Below are positions 20,680-30,395 of a stretch of DNA of 64,000 bases, in pieces. Every line of letters begins with the position of its first letter. Position 1 is the first letter of the stretch. The notes below the pieces were generated by a model. The model saw only the letters and a list, made by a program, of their open reading frames with translations. It did not search any database and was not told where the DNA came from. The stretch comes from Candidatus Hydrogenedentota bacterium (GTDB lineage: Bacteria > Hydrogenedentota > Hydrogenedentia > Hydrogenedentales > SLHB01): NCBI GenBank assembly GCA_963668025.2, contig CAXXTH010000017.1, forward strand, positions 128,001 to 192,000. Direction: 5' to 3'. Both the position numbers and the translations under genes were made by a program.

Positions 20680-21477
20680 CTAGCGCGCGCCGCACGCTTT
20701 CAAACACGCATTCAAATACCCATAGGATTCCGCCGCGATAATAGCGCAGCGGCTCAGGGAATACTCAGCCGCGCCGATGACCTCGAGGTCCACCGGCCCG
20801 GTATAACCCGCTTCCGCCAGCACTTGGCAGTAGCCCGCCAGATCGATATCGCCCCGCCCGCAGGCTTGGAGTTCGGGCGTGCCCGGCGAAGGGCCAAGCC
20901 CTGCGCAATCGCGGATATGGACATGCCGCACGCGGCTGATGACTTTTTTGAGGGCATCCTTCGGGATCTCGCCGCTCCGGTGGATGTGGCTGGGGTCCAT
21001 GTCGATGCCGAAAGCGGGCGAATCGATTTGGGCCATGGCTTCGAGGGTGGTGGGCGTGTTCCAGATGGCCGCGCCCACATGGGCTTTTACGCACAGGGTG
21101 ACGCCGTGAGTTTCCGCCTTGGTGGCCACGCGCGCGAGCGTTTCAATCGAATGCTGTACATCTTCCGCCTTATTCGATTGGCCGCCTGGGCCTACATTGA
21201 CCACCGGTATGCCAATGGCCGCCGCCGCCGCGAAGGCGCGTTCGAGGCGCGCCTCATCGAGAGCGGCTTCCTCCATGGCCATGATAGGAAGGTCCAGATC
21301 GGCGGATATCGCCTTGATGTCCGCGGCCTGTTTTTCCCATTCATCAATGCAGAGGTGTTCGCACATGCCTTGGATGGCGGAAATCTCCGCGCCGTCATAT
21401 CCCGCCCATTTGATGTGCTCCATGGCGGTGCGAAAATCATATCCCGCAAATAATACGGTATTGACACCTAGTTTCAC
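20680..21477 (-). CDS. Sugar phosphate isomerase/epimerase (xylose-isomerase-like TIM barrel)
   Basis: GYDGAEI, DMDPSH, HVHIRD, GRGDID, GYTGPVDLE; GTG start after GGGG. Confidence 0.85.
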   Translation of the reverse strand: MKLGVNTVLFAGYDFRTAMEHIKWAGYDGAEISAIQGMCEHLCIDEWEKQAADIKAISADLDLPIMAMEEAALDEARLERAFAAAAAIGIPVVNVGPGGQSNKAEDVQHSIETLARVATKAETHGVTLCVKAHVGAAIWNTPTTLEAMAQIDSPAFGIDMDPSHIHRSGEIPKDALKKVISRVRHVHIRDCAGLGPSPGTPELQACGRGDIDLAGYCQVLAEAGYTGPVDLEVIGAAEYSLSRCAIIAAESYGYLNACLKACGAR

Positions 21478-21502
21478 ATTACCCCCTTTCTCCGCGGCCG
21501 GG

Positions 21503-22426
21503 TCACGGGGCGGATGCCTTTTCACGGAACGCTTCCAGTTGATTTTGTAATTCAGCCTTCATGTCCGGATCTTCGGTGATCGCGATCGCTTGTTCCTGAT
21601 ACCGTATGGCTTCATCCGCCTGGTTCATGGCAAAAGCCACATATGCGCGCGCGGCCAGGGCTTGCGCGTCTTTGCCGCCGCCCAATTCCTCGGCCCGCTT
21701 CGCGGCGTCCAATGCGACAGCCAGTTCCTCCGCGGCCGCACCGTCTTTGCTGGCGATCAAAATGGCGAGCTGGCTAAGCGATTCGGTGTCATTCGCCCCA
21801 TATTTGGCGGCACGCTTGCACACTTCTAATGCCAAATCAGTTTCACTGGTGTTGTTCACGAGATACATATAAACGGGAATCAACGCTTTTGCTTTAGCGG
21901 CTTCCGCCTGTTTGGCCGGATTGAAGCTGCCTGCGATGACGCCATCAAGCACTTTTTCCAGATTATCCATTGGGTGCCCATGCCATACGATATTTCCCGC
22001 TTTATCCACCACAAAGGCATGGGGAATGCCGGAAACACTAAACGCCTTCATATAGGCGTCTGATGTTTTCTGGGCGTCATCGACACCTACGGAATAGGCC
22101 ATTTTGTCGCCCATCTCGCTGACAAACGGCTTCACCGTCGCCGCATCTTCACTCGATATGCCCGCCACGATGACGCCTTTGTCCTTATACTTCGCCTGGA
22201 GCTCCGTCAAATGGGGGATGCTGGCCTTGCAAGGCCCGCACCACGTGGCCCAGAACTCGACCACGTAGATATTCTTGTCCTTGCCGTCCGCCAGATTCAC
22301 GGCATCGCCCTTGACCCACTCCGATACAGCCAGAGGTGGCGCGGGATCTCCAAGCGCGATAGCCGAAGCCGCTCCCGCAGCCAGACAGAACGCTAGGACG
22401 GTTAAGAGCATTTTGGAACTGTTCAT
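21503..22426 (-). CDS. Secreted TlpA-like thioredoxin with helical/TPR C-terminus
   Basis: Signal peptide; EFWATWCGPC; GIPHAFVVD. Confidence 0.88.
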   Translation of the reverse strand: MNSSKMLLTVLAFCLAAGAASAIALGDPAPPLAVSEWVKGDAVNLADGKDKNIYVVEFWATWCGPCKASIPHLTELQAKYKDKGVIVAGISSEDAATVKPFVSEMGDKMAYSVGVDDAQKTSDAYMKAFSVSGIPHAFVVDKAGNIVWHGHPMDNLEKVLDGVIAGSFNPAKQAEAAKAKALIPVYMYLVNNTSETDLALEVCKRAAKYGANDTESLSQLAILIASKDGAAAEELAVALDAAKRAEELGGGKDAQALAARAYVAFAMNQADEAIRYQEQAIAITEDPDMKAELQNQLEAFREKASAP

Positions 22427-22446
22427 ATCGGATTCCTCTTCGCGGG

Positions 22447-23457
22447 TTACGCCAGCTCTACGATCCGGCCCGTATCAAATGATTCGATGGCGGCTTCGAT
22501 GACCAGTTGCGCTTTCAGGGCGTCTTCACCCGAGCCATCGATTTCGCTCGGAGCCGCCTGGGCCGCATTCTGTTCCAGCCACCGGTGGATACGGCTCGGA
22601 AATGTCTCGCCGAATCCCGTCATGCCGCCCAAGTGGTGGTAATGCTCTTTCTCTGTAGTGCTTCGGCTCGAAAACTCCAACTCTTCGCAGGCATTTTCGA
22701 TGACGAAGCGCCCCAAGCTGCCCGTGACCTCGCAGGTCTCAAGCCCGAAACCCGCGCCTGCGTCGTAGCTGCCGCACAGATGGCCCAATACGCCGTTTTT
22801 GAATTGCATGTTCACCTGCACGTTGGACCAGCACACCCGCTCCTTGCCGTCGCGCGTGTGGCCATGGGAGTAAAACGCTTGTACTCGCTGCACATCCCCG
22901 CAGAAATACCGCATCACGTCTATGGAATGGGGGTGCAGCGCCCGCATGTGGAAATGAGGCGAGGTTTCATTCGGATTGTCAATCCACATTTTCATATTGA
23001 TCATATGGAGCTTGCCCATGCGCCCTTCCTCGGCCCAATCTTTTGCGCGCCGGGCGGCGGGGGTGAAACGATGGTTTAGATTAACGCCATACCGCAGATG
23101 CTTGGACTTCGCCAAGGCCACCATTTCCTTTGCCTTTTCAATTTCGTTCGAGATGGGCTTCTCGCCAAGCGTAGGAATGCCCGCATTGAGCAATTCCATG
23201 GTTGGCGTGTAATGATCGCCGCCATTCTCCTTGCCTGCCGTACACATGCTCGCGCAATCGATGGCAATACCGCTCTTTAGCATGTCCTGCACGCTGTAAA
23301 ACGCCGGGCAGCCATAGGCCTCCGCCGCCTTATCGGCCTTCTCATGAACGATATCGCATACTGCCACGATTTCGGACAATTCATCGTTCGTGTAACATCG
23401 GGCGTGGTTGTTCCCAATGCCGCCCATGCCCACAATTGCAACCCGTAACGCAGCCAT
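22447..23457 (-). CDS. Gfo/Idh/MocA oxidoreductase
   Basis: VGMGGIG Rossmann motif, EKPI, HSID. Confidence 0.9.
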   Translation of the reverse strand: MAALRVAIVGMGGIGNNHARCYTNDELSEIVAVCDIVHEKADKAAEAYGCPAFYSVQDMLKSGIAIDCASMCTAGKENGGDHYTPTMELLNAGIPTLGEKPISNEIEKAKEMVALAKSKHLRYGVNLNHRFTPAARRAKDWAEEGRMGKLHMINMKMWIDNPNETSPHFHMRALHPHSIDVMRYFCGDVQRVQAFYSHGHTRDGKERVCWSNVQVNMQFKNGVLGHLCGSYDAGAGFGLETCEVTGSLGRFVIENACEELEFSSRSTTEKEHYHHLGGMTGFGETFPSRIHRWLEQNAAQAAPSEIDGSGEDALKAQLVIEAAIESFDTGRIVELA

Positions 23458-23816
23458 GATTGCGTCCTTTCTTTAGTGATGCTCCAAGTCATCGATTATC
23501 TATATCATCGTAAAGCAAACAAAGCCAGTATTGAAGCACGACGTGCATCGTAAATCAATTATTTGCCGAAGCACTTGAATCTGGCAAGGTTGACTTCCGT
23601 CATCCAGTTTCGCAGAATACACGATAATGTGCGAAGACTGGTTCATTGGGCAAAGAAGAACGAAATGAAACAGCCACGGCGTGTGTTCCTGAGCACAGAG
23701 TGATGTATGATGGGTGCATGCGCCAAATGCGCCGGCATTAAAATGTAAGGCCGGAGCCAGGAGCATACGTAGGCTCAGATAGAAAGACGACCGATTCGTG
23801 TCAGAGGGCTGGACTG

Positions 23817-24581
23817 GTGACATCGCAAAAACGCTGGGATAGAACCTATGCTAAGGCCAATCCCTTCCAACTTCCCCAAACCATTAAGCGCACGGTTCGG
23901 ACGTGTTCCGATATGCATGAACATAATGGAAATGGCTCGTTGCAGTATTTATGGGCCTACCTCGCGGAAGACGGCTTAAAAGATATTGCAGGCGGAGAAT
24001 CGCGCCTGAACCTCGAAGAATGGCTCGGCGTCATAGATGAAACAGCCAGTTTGGGCGTCACTTGTGTCATTTTGAGCATTGGCGCGCCCCTGGCGGAATA
24101 CCCAGAAGCTATCGAGATTTGCCGGTGGGCACAAGACGCCCATCAGATGATGGTCGGTTTGCATCTGTATGGTGTTTCCATTACCTCGCCAGACGTAGCG
24201 CTGATTGCTACGCTGGACCCTGGCCGCACGCATCTTTTTATCGATCCCGACTGCATGGAAACAGCAAAACCCATTCGAGATAAAGGTTTCCAGGTATATG
24301 ACGCCATAGGCCAAGACCAGGATATGGTCGAACCCGAATGCCGGCTTCCCGAAGAGATGGCCTGCGTGGGAGCAGGCGGCACCATGTATACCTGCGGGCT
24401 GGTATTGGGCGATGAAGAATTCCTGCTCGGTGATTTTTATGCCCGCAAGCTCAAATCGGTCATGAAAGACGAATCGCTCCCCCACACTGTGCCTGCGGGT
24501 CTTCCAAAAGTGCGCAATAAGTGCAACGGCTGCCCGCCGCTCATGCTTCAGCGTATGGAAGAAGCCCAGCCTACGCAATAG
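23817..24581 (+). CDS. Radical-SAM-like protein lacking CxxxCxxC, with C-terminal Twitch/SPASM-like Cys cluster
   Basis: LNLEEWLGVIDETASLGV resembles PqqE-type helix; C-terminal ECRLP..CVGAGGTMYTC..LGD..CNGC. Start uncertain. Confidence 0.6.
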   Translation: MTSQKRWDRTYAKANPFQLPQTIKRTVRTCSDMHEHNGNGSLQYLWAYLAEDGLKDIAGGESRLNLEEWLGVIDETASLGVTCVILSIGAPLAEYPEAIEICRWAQDAHQMMVGLHLYGVSITSPDVALIATLDPGRTHLFIDPDCMETAKPIRDKGFQVYDAIGQDQDMVEPECRLPEEMACVGAGGTMYTCGLVLGDEEFLLGDFYARKLKSVMKDESLPHTVPAGLPKVRNKCNGCPPLMLQRMEEAQPTQ

Positions 24582-24815
24582 CATGCGTAAAAAAAAGGAA
24601 GAATGAAAATTAAGCACTCTGCCCTACGTGTGCTCCCAAAAAGCCCCATCCCCTCCTTCCACAGCCACCTGTGCCAATAATGCGCCCTCCGTAAGGAGAG
24701 CATCGAAATGGAACCCCAAACGGCTCTGGAGCTCAAGCACTTATACCTGAAAACAAAAGACGGGAAGGCCGCCGGGTGGGGTGAAACATGGGCATACTCA
24801 CTTATCTTTTTTTCC

Positions 24816-24960
24816 ACCACGGGGACACGGGGAAGCATGGGGAATGCATACCGCGCCCCATGGCATTCAGCATTATACTCGTTGCCGTTTACCCAGAATG
24901 TTAGTCCTGTTTCTTGGGTATTTGTTTCGTGAACGCCCTGCGTTCCCCGTAGCTCCCCGT
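24816..24960. repeat. Inverted pair of CCAC-N4-type repeats (N4=GGGG)
   Basis: ACCACGGGGACACGGGGAAGCATGGG (24816-) versus CCCTGCGTTCCCCGTAGCTCCCCGT (24936-24960). Confidence 0.55.
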
Positions 24961-25069
24961 ATCCCTAATGCCCCGACTGTCTGCGGATTCGTATATGAAG
25001 GCGCGGAATATGCTACTATCCGGCCTTGCAGTATAGGCGAATGCGCTCATTTGTCGCGGGAATATTGCC

Positions 25070-25756
25070 ATGCTTGTCGGCATCCACCAACCCCATTATC
25101 TGCCTTGGCTGCGTTATTTCGAGAAAATAGCGCGGAGTGATGTATTTATTGTATTGGACAATATCCAATATTCGAAGAATGGCTGGCAGAATCGAAATCG
25201 GGTGAAAACGGCGTCTGGCGTGGCCACCTTGACCGTGCCCGTACATGCCCGGTTGGGCGACACGCTGGAGCACGTGTGTATCGACAACCATATCGATTGG
25301 GCGCGCAAGCATGAACGCACCATCGAGCAGGCGTATGGCAAAGCGCCTTATTTCGGCCAATACGCCCCGATGCTCCGGGCCGCTTACGCCCAGCGCTGGG
25401 AGCGCCTGAATGCCCTGAACCGGCATCTGCTTGAAGGGTTTGCCGCAGCTCTCGGGATTCAAACGCCTATTCGGTATGCATCGGAACTCGATGTTCCCGG
25501 CAAAGCCACGGAGCGGCTGGTGAATCTTATCAAAGCCGCCGGGGGCGATGCATATTACAGCGGGGCGTATGCGCTCGATGCGTATCTCGACGAAGCCGCC
25601 CTGCGGGCGGCGGGCATACCATTGGTGTTGCAGGAGTGGCATGCGCCTGCGTATCCTCAAGCCCACGGGCCATTTACGCCTGATTTGTCCATTGTGGATT
25701 TGCTGATGCATTGCGGCCCGCGCTCGCTGGCCATTCTCATGGGAGAAGACGCATGA
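25070..25756 (+). CDS. WbqC-family protein
   Basis: IHQPHYLPWLRYF, WQNRNR, LTVPV, LSIVDLL. Confidence 0.9.
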   Translation: MLVGIHQPHYLPWLRYFEKIARSDVFIVLDNIQYSKNGWQNRNRVKTASGVATLTVPVHARLGDTLEHVCIDNHIDWARKHERTIEQAYGKAPYFGQYAPMLRAAYAQRWERLNALNRHLLEGFAAALGIQTPIRYASELDVPGKATERLVNLIKAAGGDAYYSGAYALDAYLDEAALRAAGIPLVLQEWHAPAYPQAHGPFTPDLSIVDLLMHCGPRSLAILMGEDA

Positions 25757-26748
25757 TCCAGCACAGCGCCCCGTTCATCGGGCCGGAAGAATACGAAGCC
25801 TGCGCGCGCGTGCTCCGTTCGGGCCGCCTGGCCCAGGGGCCGGAAGTCGAGGCCTTCGAGGCCGAATGCGCCGCGTTTGTGGGCCGCCGGTACGCCGTGG
25901 CGGTGAACAGCGGCACAAACGCCCTTCATCTGGCCTTGGCAGCGCTGGGCGTAGGGCCTGGCGATACGGTCCATATTCCCACCTATTCCTGCGCGGCTTT
26001 ACTGACCGCCGTGGCCTTGCAAGGCGCGCGCCCGGTATTGTGCGACTGCACCCCGGATTTTAATATGGACGCCAGCGCTGTGCCTGCCGGGGCGGTGGCT
26101 ATTGCGCCCCATCTTTTCGGCAAGCGAGCTGTCTTGCCTGAAAGCGCGACCGTGATCGAAGATATCGCCCAATCCATGGGCGGAGGAACTGGCGCGGGAT
26201 CCTGCGTGGCGATCACGTCCTTTTACGCCACCAAGCTCATGTCCACCGGCGAGGGAGGCATGCTATTCACGGACGACGAAGGTTTGGCGGAATTCGCACG
26301 CGACCGGCGCGATTATGATAACCGGGATGATTTCCAGCTTCGATACAGCTACAAGATGACCGATCTGCAAGCCGCTTTGGGGCGCGTGCAGCTTAAACGG
26401 CTGCCTGGCTTCATTCAAACACGCCGCGCCATCGCGGCGCGTTATACCGAGGCCTTCATGGGCCTCCCGCTGGAATTGCCCGGCCCGGAGAATCATGTGT
26501 TCTTCCGTTATGTCGTGGGCGTGGAAGCGCGCACGGAACTGGAATCGCATCTGCGCGGCCGTGGCATAGAGGCGAAGCGGCCTGTCTATTGCCCGGCGCA
26601 CCGCCTTACGGGGGTAGATTCAGGCGGAATGCGTTTTCCACATGCGGACCATGCCCATGCATGCGCCCTTTCGCTTCCGGCCCACCCGGTTCTCATCGAA
26701 GACGATGTGCAAAATGTGATAGAATCTTGTCTCGATTTTTTCCATTGA
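25753..26748 (+). CDS. DegT/DnrJ/EryC1/StrS PLP aminotransferase
   Basis: VNSGTNALHLAL, EDIAQS, SFYATKLMSTGEGG, LSLP. Confidence 0.92.
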   Translation: MIQHSAPFIGPEEYEACARVLRSGRLAQGPEVEAFEAECAAFVGRRYAVAVNSGTNALHLALAALGVGPGDTVHIPTYSCAALLTAVALQGARPVLCDCTPDFNMDASAVPAGAVAIAPHLFGKRAVLPESATVIEDIAQSMGGGTGAGSCVAITSFYATKLMSTGEGGMLFTDDEGLAEFARDRRDYDNRDDFQLRYSYKMTDLQAALGRVQLKRLPGFIQTRRAIAARYTEAFMGLPLELPGPENHVFFRYVVGVEARTELESHLRGRGIEAKRPVYCPAHRLTGVDSGGMRFPHADHAHACALSLPAHPVLIEDDVQNVIESCLDFFH

Positions 26749-26808
26749 TGTTCGGGCAAGGCCGTGCCGTATCGTTTCTGCAAACAGGAGGCGCATCGAG
26801 GGGCGAAT

Positions 26809-27984
26809 ATGTTCAGCCATTTGCCATATTGGCCAAAAGTATATTTGCAAACGGGCCTGATTGCGTTTGCCATCGCCGCAGCCGCCATGCCTATTGCCAT
26901 TATTCTCTTGCGGAGCATGGGAGTAGTAGATCCCGTGTGCAAAGACAAACTGCACCGGAAACCCACGCCCCGGGGCGGCGGCATCATCATTTTCGTTGCT
27001 TTCGCCGTGGCCGTTTTACTGCCGAATTACCGCGACAATCCCATGAAAGGCGTCGTGCTCGGGGCCTTCATCTGTCTCATCGTGGGAGCCATTGACGATT
27101 TTCGAGGCGGCATCCCAGCGGTGTTCAAATTCATCACGCTGGTCATTGTGACTTTTGTCATGGCGCGATACGGCGTATGCCTGCGCATCTTCAATTGGTA
27201 TCCACTTGATTTACTAGTCACGATTCTCTGGGTAGTCGGCATGACCAGCGCATTCAACGGGCTAGACAACATGGATGGCCTGGCGGGGGGCGTGGCCGCC
27301 ATTGTGTGCGCCATGTTTCTCATCATCGCCGTGCAAGATTTCGCCCTCGTGGGCACGGAAAATGAGAAATCGTGGTTTGGGCTCCTCGCGGCGGGAATGG
27401 TGGGGGCGACGCTTGGTTTTCTTGTGTATAACTTCAAGCCCGCGCGGATTTTCATGGGCGACTCGGGCAGTTTTTTCTTGGGCTTTACGATTGCGGCCTT
27501 GAGCGTCATGGGGGAGTGGGGCGAAAATCCGGTGACGGATTGGACTATCCCGCTTCTGATTCTTGCCGTGCCGCTATTTGATTTCAGTTATATCATCATC
27601 GCCCGCATCATTCGCCGTGAGACCCGCAGCCTACGCGCCATCATCGAGCATTGCGCCATGGACCATCTATCCCACCGCCTGTGCTGGATTGGCTTTTCCC
27701 AGCGCAACGCGGTGTTGTTCATATATGTGATCACGCTGACCTTGGGCATCACCGGCATCCTCTTGCGTAAAAGCTTGGATGTTTCCGACAGTTTTCTCGC
27801 CCTGCTGCAGGGGTTTGCCGTGGTGTTTATCGTGATCATTCTTATGGCCACCGCCGCCCGGCGGCATTCGGATTATATCCTCGAAGAGGCCACCCGCTTG
27901 TACGAGCAGATGAAAGAAACCCGCAACGCCCAGCAGCAGCTCGAATTTCCCCAGTTTCCTCCGAAATCGAAGCGAAGTGAATAA
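26809..27984 (+). CDS. WecA/TagO-like polyprenyl-phosphate HexNAc-1-phosphate transferase (MraY family)
   Basis: HRKPTPRGGG, GAIDD, FNGLDNMDGL, FMGDSG, DHLSHRL; many TM segments. Confidence 0.9.
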   Translation: MFSHLPYWPKVYLQTGLIAFAIAAAAMPIAIILLRSMGVVDPVCKDKLHRKPTPRGGGIIIFVAFAVAVLLPNYRDNPMKGVVLGAFICLIVGAIDDFRGGIPAVFKFITLVIVTFVMARYGVCLRIFNWYPLDLLVTILWVVGMTSAFNGLDNMDGLAGGVAAIVCAMFLIIAVQDFALVGTENEKSWFGLLAAGMVGATLGFLVYNFKPARIFMGDSGSFFLGFTIAALSVMGEWGENPVTDWTIPLLILAVPLFDFSYIIIARIIRRETRSLRAIIEHCAMDHLSHRLCWIGFSQRNAVLFIYVITLTLGITGILLRKSLDVSDSFLALLQGFAVVFIVIILMATAARRHSDYILEEATRLYEQMKETRNAQQQLEFPQFPPKSKRSE

Positions 27985-27996
27985 TAAGCGGCGGCG

Positions 27997-28911
27997 TTAT
28001 CGTTTGGCGCCGTTTTCTGTTTCACTCTGGACCAACTGGCGCACCGAGGCGATGATTTCCGGGCCGATGGCTTCGTTCTGGGGCGGCGTATTTTCACCCG
28101 AAATCTCATACACCACACAAATCATGCGCTCGCGGGCAGGGATGTATGCGGCCCGCACAGTATCATCTGGCCGGTCAATCACGATGGATACGGCGTTAAT
28201 GCTACCCGCCAGGAGCGTTTTCATCGTAGTAGGATCTGGCGTCCCATCATCGCTGGGGGAAGGAGCCGCGGCCAGGCTTTCTTGCACGAATGTTTGCGCA
28301 TCCAGGCGTTTTGGATTCGGAAACGCCGCGGCGGCAATCAAGTAATCCGGCACTCGAATCGCATCTACTTTAAGGTGCTCGGGAAGCCGCATGGGCCCCA
28401 CAATAGTGAGCCGTTCCTGGCCTTCAATGCAGCATACGGCGTCAATGGGGTACAGCAAGGCGTAATGCATGCCCACAAACACGGCGAAATGGCTGGATAT
28501 GGGCCATTCCATCGCGCCCGCCGATAAACGAATAGCGCGGTCCGTGTCCAGGCAGGCGGGGACGGCCAATTGCCGAAGCCGGGCCGAATCGAAGAATGGG
28601 GCCATGTCCGCCACGGCCCATCCGTCCCCATCCCGGCGCAAAAATGCCGTGCCCGATTGCACGGGTCCAGAGGCGTCGAGCGATACATACGCCCGCGCCC
28701 ACCGGTCGGCTACGGCTTGCAGCTCCATTGCGGGAACTACGCTTTCATCTCCCAGGTACACTTGCACCGCCGCCGACATGGCTTTATACAACTCTCCGAT
28801 AGGCGGGACGTCTCCCACGGAAGGTATCGGCAATCCCGCCGCCGCCATGCCGCACCATCCCGCACAAGCAGCAAGGGACAATGCCCAGCATGCATTTCCG
28901 CGCCATGCCAT
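27997..28911 (-). CDS. Hypothetical exported protein
   Basis: 305-codon ORF with AGGAG RBS and signal-peptide-like N-terminus, downstream of the sigma54 regulator. Confidence 0.6.
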   Translation of the reverse strand: MAWRGNACWALSLAACAGWCGMAAAGLPIPSVGDVPPIGELYKAMSAAVQVYLGDESVVPAMELQAVADRWARAYVSLDASGPVQSGTAFLRRDGDGWAVADMAPFFDSARLRQLAVPACLDTDRAIRLSAGAMEWPISSHFAVFVGMHYALLYPIDAVCCIEGQERLTIVGPMRLPEHLKVDAIRVPDYLIAAAAFPNPKRLDAQTFVQESLAAAPSPSDDGTPDPTTMKTLLAGSINAVSIVIDRPDDTVRAAYIPARERMICVVYEISGENTPPQNEAIGPEIIASVRQLVQSETENGAKR

Positions 28912-28955
28912 GTTGAATCCATATCTCCTGTTCAAAGGCGGCCTTATTAACATTA

Positions 28956-30329
28956 TCATTCCTGCGGATGCTTCCGTTCGATCTCATGTTTTTTCAGCCG
29001 GTATTGCAATGTCTTATACGTCAGCCCGAGTAGTTCCGCCGCTTCTTTCACCCGCCCCCCGGAACGGGCCAGCGCTTGGCGAATCAAGTCTTGTTCCAGA
29101 TCCTCGAGCACGAGCCCGCCAGGCGGCAATACGAAATTGCCTGGTTCGGGCATGCGGATGCGCAGCTTTTCGGGCAGATCCTCGGTGCGTACGGCATCGT
29201 GGTCGCACAGGATGAATATCTGTTCAAGCGTGTTTTCAAATTCGCGCACATTGCCCGGCCAGCGATAATGGATGAACGCCTCGATAATATCCGGCCCCAC
29301 CTTGGGCGCGGGCTTGCCGATGCGTGGCCCGAGCTTTTCGCGAAAATGAGCCACTAGCATCGGCAGATCTTTCACTCGCTCGCGTAGAGGCGGCAGGCGC
29401 ACGGGAAGCACGTCCAGCCGGTAGTATAAATCTTCCCGGAACTGGCCCCGCTCGACGAGGCGCCGTAAATCTTGGTTGGTGGCGGCGATCACGCGCACAT
29501 CCACTTTTGCGCCTTGCGTGGCCCCGACGCGCTCGACGACGCCGTCTTGCAGCACGCGCAGCAGCTTAGCCTGGCTTTCGTGCTGCATGTCGCCGATCTC
29601 GTCGAGGAAAATGGTTCCTCCGTCGGCGGCTTCGAATTTGCCCGGGCGCGCCCGGTCCGCGCCGGTGAATGCGCCCTTTTCATGGCCAAACAGTTCGCTT
29701 TCAATGAGTGATTCTGGAATGGCGGCGCAGTTGACGACGATGAACGGTTTGTCTTTGCGCGGTCCATTGAAGTGAATGTGCCGGGCGATGAGCTCTTTTC
29801 CCGTGCCGGATTCGCCCAAGATGAGCACCGTGCAGGTGAGCGGCACGGCGCGGCGCACAACATCAAACACCTGCTGCATGGCGGGGCATTCGCCCACGAT
29901 GTTGCCGCCTAATGAGACCGAATCCGCCACCATGCGCCGAAGATGGCGGTTTTCTTGCACGAGCGAGCCGCGCTCGATGGCCTTCGCGATAACCACGAGG
30001 AGTTCGTCTTTATCGAAGGGCTTCGCCAGGTAATCGCTTGCGCCTTCCTTCATGGCGGTTACGGCGGTCTGAATGGTGGCGTAGGCGGTCATTACCACGA
30101 CTTCGAGTTCCAGCCGCAGTGCTTTAGCCTCGCGCAGCAATTCAAGCCCGTCCATCTCGGGCATGCGCAAATCGGTCAGCAAGACATGGAAGCTCTCCTG
30201 GCGCAAGGCGTCAAGAGCGGCTTTTGCCGTCGCGCAAGCCGTTACGTCATAATGCGACGCCATTAGGATATCCGTAAGAATTTCCCGCTGCGCCGTATCG
30301 TCTTCGGTGATCAGGATTCTCGGATTCAT
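28956..30329 (-). CDS. NtrC-family sigma54-dependent response regulator
   Basis: REC, GESGTGKE, ELFGHEKGAFTGA, FLDEIG, WPGNVRE, Fis-type HTH. Confidence 0.95.
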   Translation of the reverse strand: MNPRILITEDDTAQREILTDILMASHYDVTACATAKAALDALRQESFHVLLTDLRMPEMDGLELLREAKALRLELEVVVMTAYATIQTAVTAMKEGASDYLAKPFDKDELLVVIAKAIERGSLVQENRHLRRMVADSVSLGGNIVGECPAMQQVFDVVRRAVPLTCTVLILGESGTGKELIARHIHFNGPRKDKPFIVVNCAAIPESLIESELFGHEKGAFTGADRARPGKFEAADGGTIFLDEIGDMQHESQAKLLRVLQDGVVERVGATQGAKVDVRVIAATNQDLRRLVERGQFREDLYYRLDVLPVRLPPLRERVKDLPMLVAHFREKLGPRIGKPAPKVGPDIIEAFIHYRWPGNVREFENTLEQIFILCDHDAVRTEDLPEKLRIRMPEPGNFVLPPGGLVLEDLEQDLIRQALARSGGRVKEAAELLGLTYKTLQYRLKKHEIERKHPQE

Positions 30330-30395
30330 GCACTCCCTCATTTTTCCAATCATGGCTTTTTGTGGAATGGGCGCAACCGCCATTGCCATGCCTGG

